NCBI GenBank assembly: GCA_000708835.1
Contig: DF236971.1
Span: 251,838-315,837 of the forward strand
Length of the DNA: 64,000 nucleotides
Source of the DNA: Klebsormidium nitens
Taxonomy: Eukaryota; Plantae; Klebsormidiophyceae
Reading direction: 5' to 3'
In this document: piece after piece, positions 53,007 through 64,000 of the stretch
How positions within the stretch are numbered: the first letter of the stretch is position 1
Layout of the letters: each line of letters opens with the position of its first letter
The notes under the pieces: generated by a model
What the model saw: only the letters and a program-made list of their open reading frames with translations
The model's database searches: none
What the model was told of the DNA's origin: nothing
Position numbers and translations under genes: made by a program

Positions 53007-53646
53007 CGAATCAAAGTAAACTGACCGAGACAGCTAGGTTCACTTGTGTTTGTAGTGTCCCCGTGTCTCATGTCGGACTCACCGGCCAGTTGTTGTAGGC
53101 CGGGCGCGTTGACTTCAAGAGGCTTTCAACTCTTGATTTTCAGGCCGCGAAACTAACATTCAAGCTTGCATGAACGAGTCCGCTTCCAACCTAGTTTAGA
53201 TGTTCACCAAGTTATGCATGCCAAAAGATGTTCCGACTATACAACTGCATACGTATCTCTTCGATCATGGAATCATGTCGGACGTTCATTTTCGCGAACG
53301 TTGCCAAGAGGGCCTCATGTGTCCGGTCTTGATGTCATGTCTTTTTATTAAAGGACATCACTGCCAGCGACATATCCAGTGGATTGACACAAAACTGGTA
53401 TAATTTTGCAGCCAGCAGCTAGGGGGGCCCCCACCGTCAAGTTACAACTTATAAAAACACGAATTACACGCTATATAGAGTATATCGAAAGAAGCGCGGG
53501 GGAGTATATCAACATTGCACGTTCCCGCCCGCCCGGGTTTGCCGGGTCATGTACATGCACAATCACTATAGGTTGCCACGTCTGTACATTCAACTTTGAA
53601 CTACAGGAGTATTATCGGGTTCTCTCGTGAGTCCAGGAGAGTCCAG

Positions 53647-55942
53647 CTATGCGGTGAGCGCCTCGAGACGAATTGGACGCTTGAGCACGAAGATCCTGAC
53701 GTTGTAGCCGTAGGTAAAGAAGCCGTTGTTGCTGGTCAAGCCGCTGTAGCGGGCCACGCCTGTTGCGCCAGTGAAGTTCCCGGTGCCCCCCACAACAGCG
53801 AGGTCGCCCGTCGTCTCAAAGCGGCCCTGTGAATTGTCGGAATCAAGCCGTGTCAGAAGGGTGAGAGAATGAATTGATGAGAGACAATGAGTGACGAAAG
53901 ATGTTTCTCCTGGCATCTTCTCAAGAATCATGTTAGACAGGCGCCGAAGGCATTATAGAGCTTGAAAAGACCTTTTGAAGAAGCCTTTATGTATGAGAAG
54001 TCAAGCTGGAAACCATACAGCATCCAACTCAGTATCCGACGTTTGCTTGGGATCCTTCGCAAGCTGTTGTTGCGCCTGCATGGTTTGGAAAGTGTATTGC
54101 ACCTGAAGTAAGGCTCGATCAAAGGCTGATTTGTCGGAGCGTGGCCATAGCAAAGACTCCTAGGCACCCTTGCACTGGAGATCCCCGGAATATCATCACT
54201 TGAGTGGCGAACCAAACCTCTCGCCTCGGTTTCCGAGACAGAGTGGCTCCACTCCGGCTCCCCCGGCTATACTACAAGAAGCGCCAGGTCGATTACGGTT
54301 GAATGATCTGAAAATTGAGGTGTAAGTTCTCGCTCGTTCCTGCGCTTATCTCAGCATGAACGGGCCGGGAAGCTTCGAGCTGTAAATATGTACGCGTCTG
54401 TGGTGACTGAAGCAGGTATTGCTAACCAGGTTTGCATAGCGGCAGGTTAACCCCGAAACAAACTGGGGCATGGAGTGGCCAGGGAAGTGACTCACTGTCA
54501 CGGTGAAAGAGCTGCCGTCGTAGAAGATGAAGGAGAAGTCGCACTCTTGCGCTACGTCAGTCTCAATCCAAGTGCAGATGCCTTGGTCGAAACCCAGGAG
54601 CTCGCCGGTGTTGAAGTCCTCAAAGGGATCGCTGCAGAGAAGGAAGACTTTTCTATGAAAAGCTGCCAGAAGTCCTCCGTTCATGATGGCATGTAACTTA
54701 GGGGCACGCTGCAGAGCAGCAGCTAGAGCCCGACTCCAACAAGCGTATTTTGGGTCCCTGAATTGAGAATCTTCCCTCGGTTTGTTCCAGAACAAGTGAT
54801 GTACAGGGAGATGTTCTGGCGATCATAAATCCTATCAAGAGCAGATCATGGCAATGATCACATAACGGCACGCTGTTAGAAGTATTTGCGCACTGNNNNN
54901 NNNNNNNNNNNNNNNCGCGGGGGCGTTCACTTCGATTGCGGCTAATGGTCAATCAGGTGAACCAGATTTCTGGACTTTAGTACAGTCCGCGCCTGACCTG
55001 AAGACATACGCTTGAATCTTAAAACTACGTCTCAATCAGGAGCAGCAGGCCAGAAAGCCTTCACCCTCAGCTTGTTGAGCATCGGGACTTAGAGTCATAT
55101 CCAAGATCGATAACGCCTCCGAAGGATTGTAAGTTCTTAAGTTCAAGACTCTGCTCACTTGAAGTAGCTGATGGTTCCAAAGGTGGTGCCGACCTCCGGT
55201 AGCGTGAAGGGCGTCGCAATCTGCCTGAGCTGCAAGTTGACCTCCGTGTACTTGAGCTCTATGTTCTTCTGACCATCCGCGCGCGCGCTGACGAACAGCA
55301 GGGAGGCTAGAAGCAGCACCTGCTCAAAACAAGCGGGAGGTCAGATCAACACTGCAGAAATGACTACTACAGAAATCGATGCCAAACATATTACATGCAC
55401 GGAAGGACGCCGAAGGATTCGGCTGTTAGGACAAATGCTGATTCCTGCCGGTGTTGAGAACCCGTCCAAACGGGTATAGTCATCTATAAAAGCACTCAGT
55501 GACGTTCTGACTGGCTAGCTTGCAGAGCATATCGATTGGTCAAATCATCCCGTTGAATGTGTTGTCTGTTCAGTCTTTCTGAAGTAATGGAAATCGTCAA
55601 GAATGCTCATATAATGGAAGAAAGGAGAATGTGACAGAACCAGAGGAACGTAAGCAGATTGATTATTGGCTCGAGCCATCGACTTGACGCCATGTAATTA
55701 AGGTATGTGTTTGCTGGCATACCAAACAATGGACAAGTGATTCTAGTCGATTGAGAACTGATTCTTCAGTCCGACGTCGTTCATTTCAGAAGAATCTACC
55801 AATTAGTGACTGAAGATAGTAATTGAAACTGTATAAGGATGAAGCTGCAGAATGATTCAGAACCGCAATAAAAGCTTGATGAACCCTTCCTCGGACATGA
55901 TTTCGAACGCGCTCTTACCTGAACGATGGTGTTGTACGCCAT
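53647..55942 (-). CDS. Secreted dirigent/allene-oxide-cyclase-like barrel protein, copy 1, 166 aa
   Basis: Exons 55942-55919, 55319-55159, 54631-54496 and 53826-53647 are in frame. Signal peptide MAYNTIVQVLLLASLLFVSARA and dirigent-type motif LAVVGGTGNFTGATG. Confidence 0.8.
54896..54915. other. Assembly gap (20 N)
   Basis: Run of N in intron 2 of dirigent-like copy 1. Confidence 0.99.
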
Positions 55943-58123
55943 CTTGATGACGGTAGTGAAGCGCCTTGGTCGCGTCGAAGCAATCCCAAAAGAAAGGTCC
56001 TAGCCAGCTCCGCCGAGCAAGACGCTTGCAAGCCTGCTGAAATCTGGTCGAAGAAAAGCTGAAACTTGAAATGGCTGTATGCAAATTGCCGAATGCGCGG
56101 ATCTCCATTTTGTAGGCCCGCACTTTGCTGCAGAAGAGGCGACCACGAATGGTCTGCAACATGTCACCGATCTCCTTCTGCAAAGTGGGGTAGAGTAACA
56201 GCCTTCAATTGAGAGGCCTTGCAAGGCCTCTCATTAACCCTGGTAGCCATATGCAGCGGCGGCATCTTCGAATTCATCTTAAATCATTCAACGTTCGTTG
56301 AGAATTCCGATGGACCCTGACCTCTGAAGCTCACCGCAGCTTACTAGATTTATGCAGAATTCATAGCCGATGGTCCGTTCAAAGTTAGCTACTGTTAGCC
56401 GGAAGTATCCCGATCAGCTAGTCATTTCTATCATCCGTAATTATTTGGACATTTTGTCGAGCTGATCGAGGTGCTTTGCATGAGGTACTAAAACGACATT
56501 TGCATGTGCCTGAAAGTGCTAAAACAGCCGGTGTCAAAGTCGGTCTGCTCTCTGTCACGGGCAACTGGAAGTCGTGCACAAAAGGCACTGAGTTGGATGA
56601 CACGCAGACGACCAATGCCATTGTAGCCTAGAAGGCGGTTGCTCAAGGTCAAGAAGGAACGGTTTTGATTTGAGAATATAAGGAATTTAGACATGGAAGT
56701 GGAGTGGTCCGCTATAGCGACGTCTCCTTCGATGCTACTGATTCCTTCTAGCGGCCCAGGGATCTAGTAGCTGGCAAATTAACCTAATCGGCATATCCAC
56801 TTGACCGCATAAAAGCCGACCGGAAAAGTGGAAGGGGTTTCACGCACGCCATACATTAAACCTCTGTTTGAATAACTCCAACATTTGAGGACGATTAATT
56901 TGTGAAGGCCACGTGGCCCTCTGTAATATCAAATGAGCAGGACACTCGAGGACGAGGACGACTGCAGTGATCAGAGTCACAGAATGAACTGTAGATCTAC
57001 GTATACACCGACGTACCTCGAGAACTTCACAACTCATGGATATCACTCGGATGATGAGAAGTTAAGATCGAGTCGGACCCTGTGACAAGCACTGCGGGTG
57101 CTAGAGTGAAACGTCGAGTCCACATCCCCTTCTCCTTCACATTCTTCACTACTATTTATTTTCTCTTGAGATTAGCTTCTTTGAATGCTCAACTCCGGAT
57201 CCACCTAGGAAGTTTTTGCCTTACGCCCCGAAAGCTATCTCCAGCCACCGCCTGCGGGTCCCCCTGCAACGTAGAACTTACAGAATAGCGTCAGCACTGT
57301 CAGAAGTGTCGCCTCCAAAGAAGTTTGTACGTTATGTGGATCTTCCAATCAGGCCGCCTGCCGCGGAGCTGATTCCCAAAGATGATGTAAGGTGTGCGCT
57401 TTTGCTTCTTTACGTCCAGCTGAGTTTGCAAGCTGGGCTACCGGTGGGAATCCGCATTTTGTTGGCAACAGTGGCTGACGACGCGACCAGACAAATCAGC
57501 AAACCAGGTTCCTGGGCTGAGTGTGAGCGAGTCAGAACCACGGTTTGAAGAAGAGGATTTGATGAAGCCGTCATCGAATCGTTGCTGTCAACCAAAGGCT
57601 AAGGCATAGCCTTTGTTGACAGCAATTTGCCGTGTTGGCACGGCCCCCTTTTGGTCTGGTCGGGGCTGGGCTGCATTTTCACGGGGCTGTCTAGCAGTGC
57701 CACGACGTCAGCCTGTGGCGCGCGCATCTGGGCAAAGATGCCCGCGATTCCGCCGCTGACCGCCACCGAAACGGCCGCTTCTTCGGGTTGGGGGATCCCT
57801 TCCGGTTCAGTGCCCAAGATTTTCTCGCTGGCCGCCGTCGAAACGGCCGCTTCTTTGGGAGGGGGAATTCTTTCCGCTTCCCTGGGCTTTTCCGGCTGGC
57901 TGTCGGCGTTTCCGCTTCTGCAACAGCCGGAATCTCGTCATTTAATTGACGCATTTGGCGCCCCCTGATTGAGAAACCTGGAGCCTCTAGAATGGGGACA
58001 GCTGGCAACGTGTCAGTGGGCAGAGCCGGCATGTCTTCATCCCAAATAAACGACGCCCCCTAATCGGACACATGCTCACTGATGGAAGCCACCCCGTGAG
58101 AAGGCAATTTCGATATTGGCTTC

Positions 58124-58201
58124 TTGGGCCATCAGGCCCAAGAAAAGTACGGCGAGGTTGTAGGTGAAATGCTGCGAATGGAGTTGCGGCGTCAAGCTTA
58201 G
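58124..58201 (+). pseudogene. Orphan duplicate of the hydrolase terminal exon
   Basis: LGHQAQEKYGEVVGEMLRMELRRQA* versus VGHHAQEDYGEVVGEALRMELRRQA*. The acceptor AG is lost, and no upstream hydrolase exons are nearby. Confidence 0.85.
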
Positions 58202-58782
58202 CATCCGGGCATAGCCAATAAAAGCTGACCCAGACGGCGTCACTTGGGTAATATGTCGTGTCCCCGTGTCTTATGTCGGACTCATCAGCTACGTCGTATT
58301 AGACGCGTGGACTCGAAAAGTTGCAATCCTTCATTTTCAGGCCGCAAAGCTTTCAGACTTGAAAGAGTCCGTTTCGAGCCCACTTTACATGTTCACAAGC
58401 TTGTGCATGAGAAAGATCTGAGTCCGACCACATTGTATACGCCATCTCATGTGGGCGCGTAAGCTTTGATTATATTTTCTCATGGAATCAGGACTTGCAA
58501 CTTTAATGCCGATAGGGGCGGCGCCAGTCCGGTTTTGATGTCCCACGCGTCAAATGCCGGTACTAAACACTGTCGCCATGACTAGCACTGCCTTATTGAA
58601 CGCCGGCACACGAAACTGGAACATATGCAGCTAGCCAGCCTAGTGCCAGGCCACTTACAGCTTTGAAAAGCCGGGGAAGAACGGGCCTAGGAGAATTCTA
58701 CGTCCGGGGTTTGATCATGCTCACACAATCACTCAAAGCTTGTCTAAGGTGATTGCCTTTTCTCTTTAGTCCAGCTACTGAG

Positions 58783-60920
58783 CTACGCGGTGAGCGCCTC
58801 GAGACGAATTGGCTTGAGCAAAAAGATCCTGACGTTGTAGCCGTAGGTAGAGAAGCCGTCGTTGCTGGTCAAGCTGCTGTAGCGGGCCACGCCTGTTGCG
58901 CCAGTGTAGTTCCCGGTGCCCCCCACAACAGCGAGGTCACCCGTCGTCTCGAAGCGGCCCTGTACGGAAATGTCGGAAGAAGTGTCAGAAGAAGTGTCGG
59001 AGGTTGAGGTTGCATATAATGAGGGACAATTCGACCACAGCCAGGAGGATGGAGGACGATTGTCTAGTAGTCTTCACGACGAAGCGTCCGACAAGTAGAC
59101 TCCGAAGGGCTCAGGAACCGGCGGGAAACGTTTTTTGAAGACCCATTGAGAAGGAGGTACATGCATTAAAAAGCTGGTAAACATTCAGTGTCCGATAAAT
59201 CCAGGATCCACTGAACGTTTGCGTGAATCACTTCGCAAACTGTAGTTGCGCCTGACTCGGAAAGCGCGTTGCACCTCAGTAAAGTAAGACTTGATCAAAG
59301 GCCTGAACAATCAGAGCACAGCCGCGACACATAGTTTTAGAGATTTTTTTTTTGCGGACACTCAGCAAGATGGCACCCCAGTCCTTTCAACTCGATTCAA
59401 GACAGACTCCCTAGTTACCCTACAAGGCGCGCCAGGTCGTTGACGTTTGGAAGATGTGAGGACAGAGGTGGAAGTCATCGCTGCTCACCGCGGGCAACTC
59501 AAATCTGAGCTGGAAGTGGCGAACTAAAAATACGAGCTCGTGTCACCATTGGAAGGGGATTGGACCAGATGCTGAAGCTGTGGAGAGCCGTGTGATCTCC
59601 GTAGAAAGAGGAAGGAGTGGCAGGGAATCAACTCACGGTCACTGTGAACGAGCTGCCGTCAAAGAAGATGAAGGAGAAGTCGCACTCCTGCGCTACGTTA
59701 GTCTCGGTATAGGTGCAGATGCCCTGGTCGAATCCCAGGAGCTCGCCGGTGTTGAAGTCCTCAACAGGATCGCTGCAAATCCGAAGGATTTGATACAGAA
59801 ACTTGGTGATATTGAAGAGTTCCGTTCATGAGGGCATGGATTGTAGAGGTACGCTGCAGAGACCAGCTGGCCCCCCGTTTCCAATCGACTTTTCTGACTC
59901 TCTGAAACCGACATTTCTTCCCGCGCTTCTTTCCAAATGGAGCGATCTGAAGGCAGAGAACGGTAAAGATTCCATCAAGAGCAGATTAGGAATGAAAGAT
60001 TGCGCACGGAGCACTTATGGCTGATGACCAACCAGGTAATCGATTGAAGTGTCAATTCAGGTGTCCCTTCAAATTGAATCGATTCCCCGCCTGATCAGAA
60101 GCCAGACGGCTGACTCTCAAGCACAATCAACCAGGACCAGGCCAGAAAAACCCTTCATGTCCTGTAGCGCTACGGCTTTGGGAAGTATTCTCGCATCCGA
60201 CTATAGCAATTTTTTGTAAGATCCTGATTTCGAGACTCTCTGCTCACTTGAAGTAGCTGACGGTCCCAAGGTCACGCCGACGTCCGGTAGCGTGATGGGC
60301 GTGGCGAGCTGTCTGAGCTGCAAGTTCACCTCCTTGTACTTGAGCTCGATGTTCTTCTGGCCATCCGCGTGCGCTCTGACGAATAGGAGAGAGGCCAAAA
60401 GCAGTACCTGCTTCAAACAATGGAGGTCAGCGATTGATTCATCTTCGTTGATTAAATAAGTGAACGATATGTATCAAACATAAGCAGAAGGAAACCGACA
60501 TGAAAAGGACGCTGAACAACTTTCTGAACCTTGCCAGTGGTGGCAACCGTCCGTACGAAAGAAGCATTGAGTCGTCTTCTGACTGGATGGATTGCAGATC
60601 ACTTTCACTTACAAAGTTTCTTCCTGTTAGAAGTATCACGATGATGCTAGTCATTCTACAAGCGAGAATCGACACGACTGCTCATGTGATTGTAAGAAAG
60701 ATGCGAAGATGTGCCAGACAAAAATTCTGCTATGCTTACTTTCGGTTACCAACAAGGATTGAGATGTGTTTTCAGTTTGCAATTGGCTTCCTTCCTTGCA
60801 GAGGAATCCACCGAGTGAATTGACATAATAATCGAGACTGTAATAGGAACGATAAAGTCAGACCTGTAAGAATATCATACTAGCAAAGCTGCTGACCTGA
60901 GCGAAAGTGGTGAACGCCAT
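58783..60920 (-). pseudogene. Dirigent-like copy 2 with a 1-nt deletion in exon 2 (pseudogene or assembly error)
   Basis: Exons 60920-60897, 60407-60248 (160 nt versus 161 in copy 1), ~59773-59638 and ~58959-58783. Copy 2 reads ACC TTG GGA CC GTC where copy 1 reads ACC TTT GGA ACC ATC. Confidence 0.75.
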
Positions 60921-63900
60921 CTTGATGAATGAAGTCCCTCGTTGAGTTAAGCGCCTTGGTCCCGTCGAAGCAATACCGGGGAACTTCGGAGGAAAGGGAG
61001 CTGAGCAAGACCCTTATGCAAGCCTGCTGGAACGCTGTTTGAAAGTGAGAAGAAGATGAATGAGCTCGAAAGGTGAAGATTTCGAGGAACCCTGGCTTAT
61101 AGAGGTAACCCCAACCTGTAGAAAACTACATCCTGCTCCGCACCTGTACCCACCCCAACCCCACAACAAACGCCACCCGTCTTAGGCTGGTGAGCTTACT
61201 ATTTCTAATGCTAGGCTGAAGTCCCGAGCGTCCCACATGTGCAGGTATCAAAGCTGGTGACGAAAACTTTCTGCTCTAGTAAATGTGCCCGAAAACGTTG
61301 ATTGACACGCCAACAATCAATAACGAGCAGCTTAGGCGGTTGCTCATGACCAAGACTGAAATGAGAAGCAACAGGCTAGGCTTGCTTCAAGGTGTTATTT
61401 CGCATTGTTATTACTTATGTAATAGCGTTCCGCTATAAGCGGCGTTTTTGTTAATGCTACTAGTCCCCGTCTAGCGGCGCAGGGATCTTGGCCACCCATC
61501 CTGGCCGTATAAAAGGACAGGACTCAAATAAAGGGTCTTATACGCACGCTTCGATGTCACACCTCTTTCTAATGACTCCGATTCTCGACGAAAGTGAAGG
61601 CCACGGGGCCTGCGTGATGTCACATGTGCAGGCCACCTAAGCACCTCAGGACACCCAAGGGACGAGGCCACCAGTGAATGAAGCGCAGATCCGCATCGAC
61701 GTCGTCTCTGATTTGGAGACCTTCATCAGTCCTCACTTGGATGATCAGATGGTACAGATATCGAGACCCTTACCAACCACTGCAGGTTTGCTAGAGCGGT
61801 GGGATTCCCGCTTGTTGATTCCATCTCCTCTCAAAATTCTAGAGTGTGTTCACTTCCCTGCGTATTCGGCTTCTTTGCGTCCTCAGGTCGGCTTTACAGG
61901 AAGTTTACATTGATGCCTGTAAGATCACACGAGGCAACGGGCATCTATCCATACGTCAATCACGCCGTTTCCTCCGCGTTAGAATCCGGCAGTCACTTAA
62001 TCACTGAGCCACAAACCAACTTCGGCCTGTAGATGGGGGGTTGCATTACAATCTACAATCGATCCGATCGATGTCAGCTGAGCTCCCCTAGCTCTTAACC
62101 ATGACACGGCCGCATTCCTGATTGACTCCCATCTTCAGATATCCTTCGATCGCCGGCTCGGCATATTTTCTGTCTTGGATTTGACGTATGCCAGCATTGC
62201 AGATAATGCATGACCTGACAAGTGCACTGCTCCATTACGTAGTTTAGTCGGCCGTAGTCTGCCGCCATGCAAAAGAACGACGCGCATATCCGACGTACGT
62301 AACATGGGTGAGCACCGGGCGGCCATCGAGAGGGGCACCGCATGCAATTAACGTGTACATGCGTCAACGTTCTGATGCAGGGCACGGCAGCGTTGGAATT
62401 CACTCAGATGATTCGGCCTGCAGTACGTAAGTGAATCCAAAAGCGCAGGAAAGAAAGTGTTGTCACTGCTGGCACGCAGTCATCACTCGAGTCGCCATCG
62501 GAAAACCCGGCAAGACTGCCGGCTTTCGACCTCAGCATGAAGTACGCACCACACGATAACCAGGAACCTGAATGCTTGCCAAGCATCTTGCAATCGAAGA
62601 CAAGCTAGCCGATACATTGCGCCTTTGCTCGGTTATCAGGCATATGGTCATCAATCTTTGCCCGAATCCGTCTTGCACTTTGCACTCTCACTGTTTCTTA
62701 TTCACAGAAAGCGATTGCTATTCGCCGCACCCTACTCTACAGCCTGTAACCGAGAAAGGACTTGCGATCCGGCGCTTCGAAGGAGTGTCAAAGGGACTCT
62801 GCTAATCTGCTAATCCTTATCAAAAGCTGGCACTCTTCTTGGTACAGTCAAAGGGCCCGCACTCTTTCTTCTTCACCTGTTACGAGAGACAGCCGAGTGG
62901 TGTAAATGCTAGGCTAGTTTGCAAGACCAACTCAAAAGCATCTCACCTGCTGAAATCAGCTTCTCAAAGCCTTTTGATGCAGAAAGACAGCGATGCATTT
63001 CCGATGCGCACGCCTTAAGATTTCTTGACTTGAATTGCTGTCCGTTGCAGCGAGCAGGCGTATGCATACGTAACCCAGTGCAAAGCTAGAACCTTACATA
63101 TGTAAGGTTTGCACTCACATCATCCATCTCAGATCTCTTTCACCCTTGTCTATTACCCGTTGTTGAAATTCTCCTTTCCCGCACATTCGTCTAACTCCAG
63201 CAACCTAGAAGTTCTCCAGCTGTGCGAAACGCAAAGAGAACCCGCTGTATAACGGCTTGACTTACCGGCGAGTACGGGTTGGCGGGCGCTTCCTCCTTCT
63301 TGTCGGGTGGGGACGCTTGTACACGACCAGACTTTGTCGCCAGAGCATCCTACAGCAGCCGAAGTGGTGTTATCCAATGAACTCAAGAAAAGCAAAAAAC
63401 TTGGCGGTATCATTCATCGAACTCAATTCAGTTTTTTTTTTGGATATTATGATATTCAGCTACCCGCACTACAACGGGACCATTTAGTTTGGGGGGTGGG
63501 GATGGGGTAGAATTGCGGCCGAAGCAGGAACCTTTGTGGCTTTGGACTTTCGTACTGTCGAGCTTATTCTTATGTTTGCTTCTTGCTATCTCTGTTGAGT
63601 TCGATTATTCGTTTCAAGGTCGGACGCTCTTACAATGACATTATAAGCCCCTAAAACAAGATTCCTCGTTCGACGGACACTTAAGGTGGAAGTATGGCAA
63701 TCAACCGCCTGCAGAACCCTAGGTCACGTTTTGGGTCACGAAATGGTCAAAACTCAACCAAAGTCGAGTTTTTTGCATTGGGTTCGAGAACCCAAGGGGA
63801 TCCTCTAACCCCAATCTCGAAGTCTCCGGACCCCTCGAGCCATGGCCGCCATCCGGGCTCCCACAACCCAAGAAAACCACGGGGGTCCCTAAAATATTAT

Positions 63901-64000
63901 TCTCCTGACCATATACGATGGGAGCGCATGGCGGAAAGGGGTTTCGTAGGCTTGGGCCCATGCAGGGATATCCCAATAATTTTGGGGGGGGGGAACTGCA

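Larger units (their letters stand above)
58124..61060. repeat. Tandem segmental duplication (~3 kb) of 52929-56060
   Basis: Colinear similarity of the hydrolase last exon, 3' flank, all four dirigent-like exons, parts of the introns and the upstream region (aagcgccttggtc.cgtcgaagcaat ... gcaagcctgctg). Confidence 0.9.

Noticed and set aside
63700-64000. Hairpin-rich, transposon-end-like sequence at the window edge
   Set aside because: Only short palindromes are present, and a partner end is not visible in the window.

Overview
This is eukaryotic nuclear DNA with intron-rich genes and GT/GC-AG splice sites. The gene set is plant-like, and a streptophyte green alga such as Klebsormidium is my inference. 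About ten protein-coding loci can be assembled by hand: an orphan gene running off the left edge, a CinA-like/NadD-like nucleotidyltransferase, an OPA3-like gene, a BtuF-like B12-binding/Cys-rich/degenerate PP-loop fusion, a membrane protein, RGP1, a RUN-PX-Rubicon-homology protein, a plastid alpha/beta hydrolase and a tandem pair of secreted dirigent-like genes (the second frameshifted). The best finding is the membrane protein at 19126-23736. Its reading frame passes through an in-frame TGA (21983-21985) at a position resembling a conserved Cys, and its 3' UTR holds a canonical SECIS hairpin (23785-23861). It therefore looks like a probably plastid-targeted membrane selenoprotein that I cannot place in the familiar families, with two duplicated alternative terminal exons. 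Also present: repeated intronic copies of exon edges in several genes, a mitochondrial-type tRNA-Phe relic in an intron, a MITE and a ~3 kb segmental duplication. All gene models were spliced by eye, and no database searches were run.
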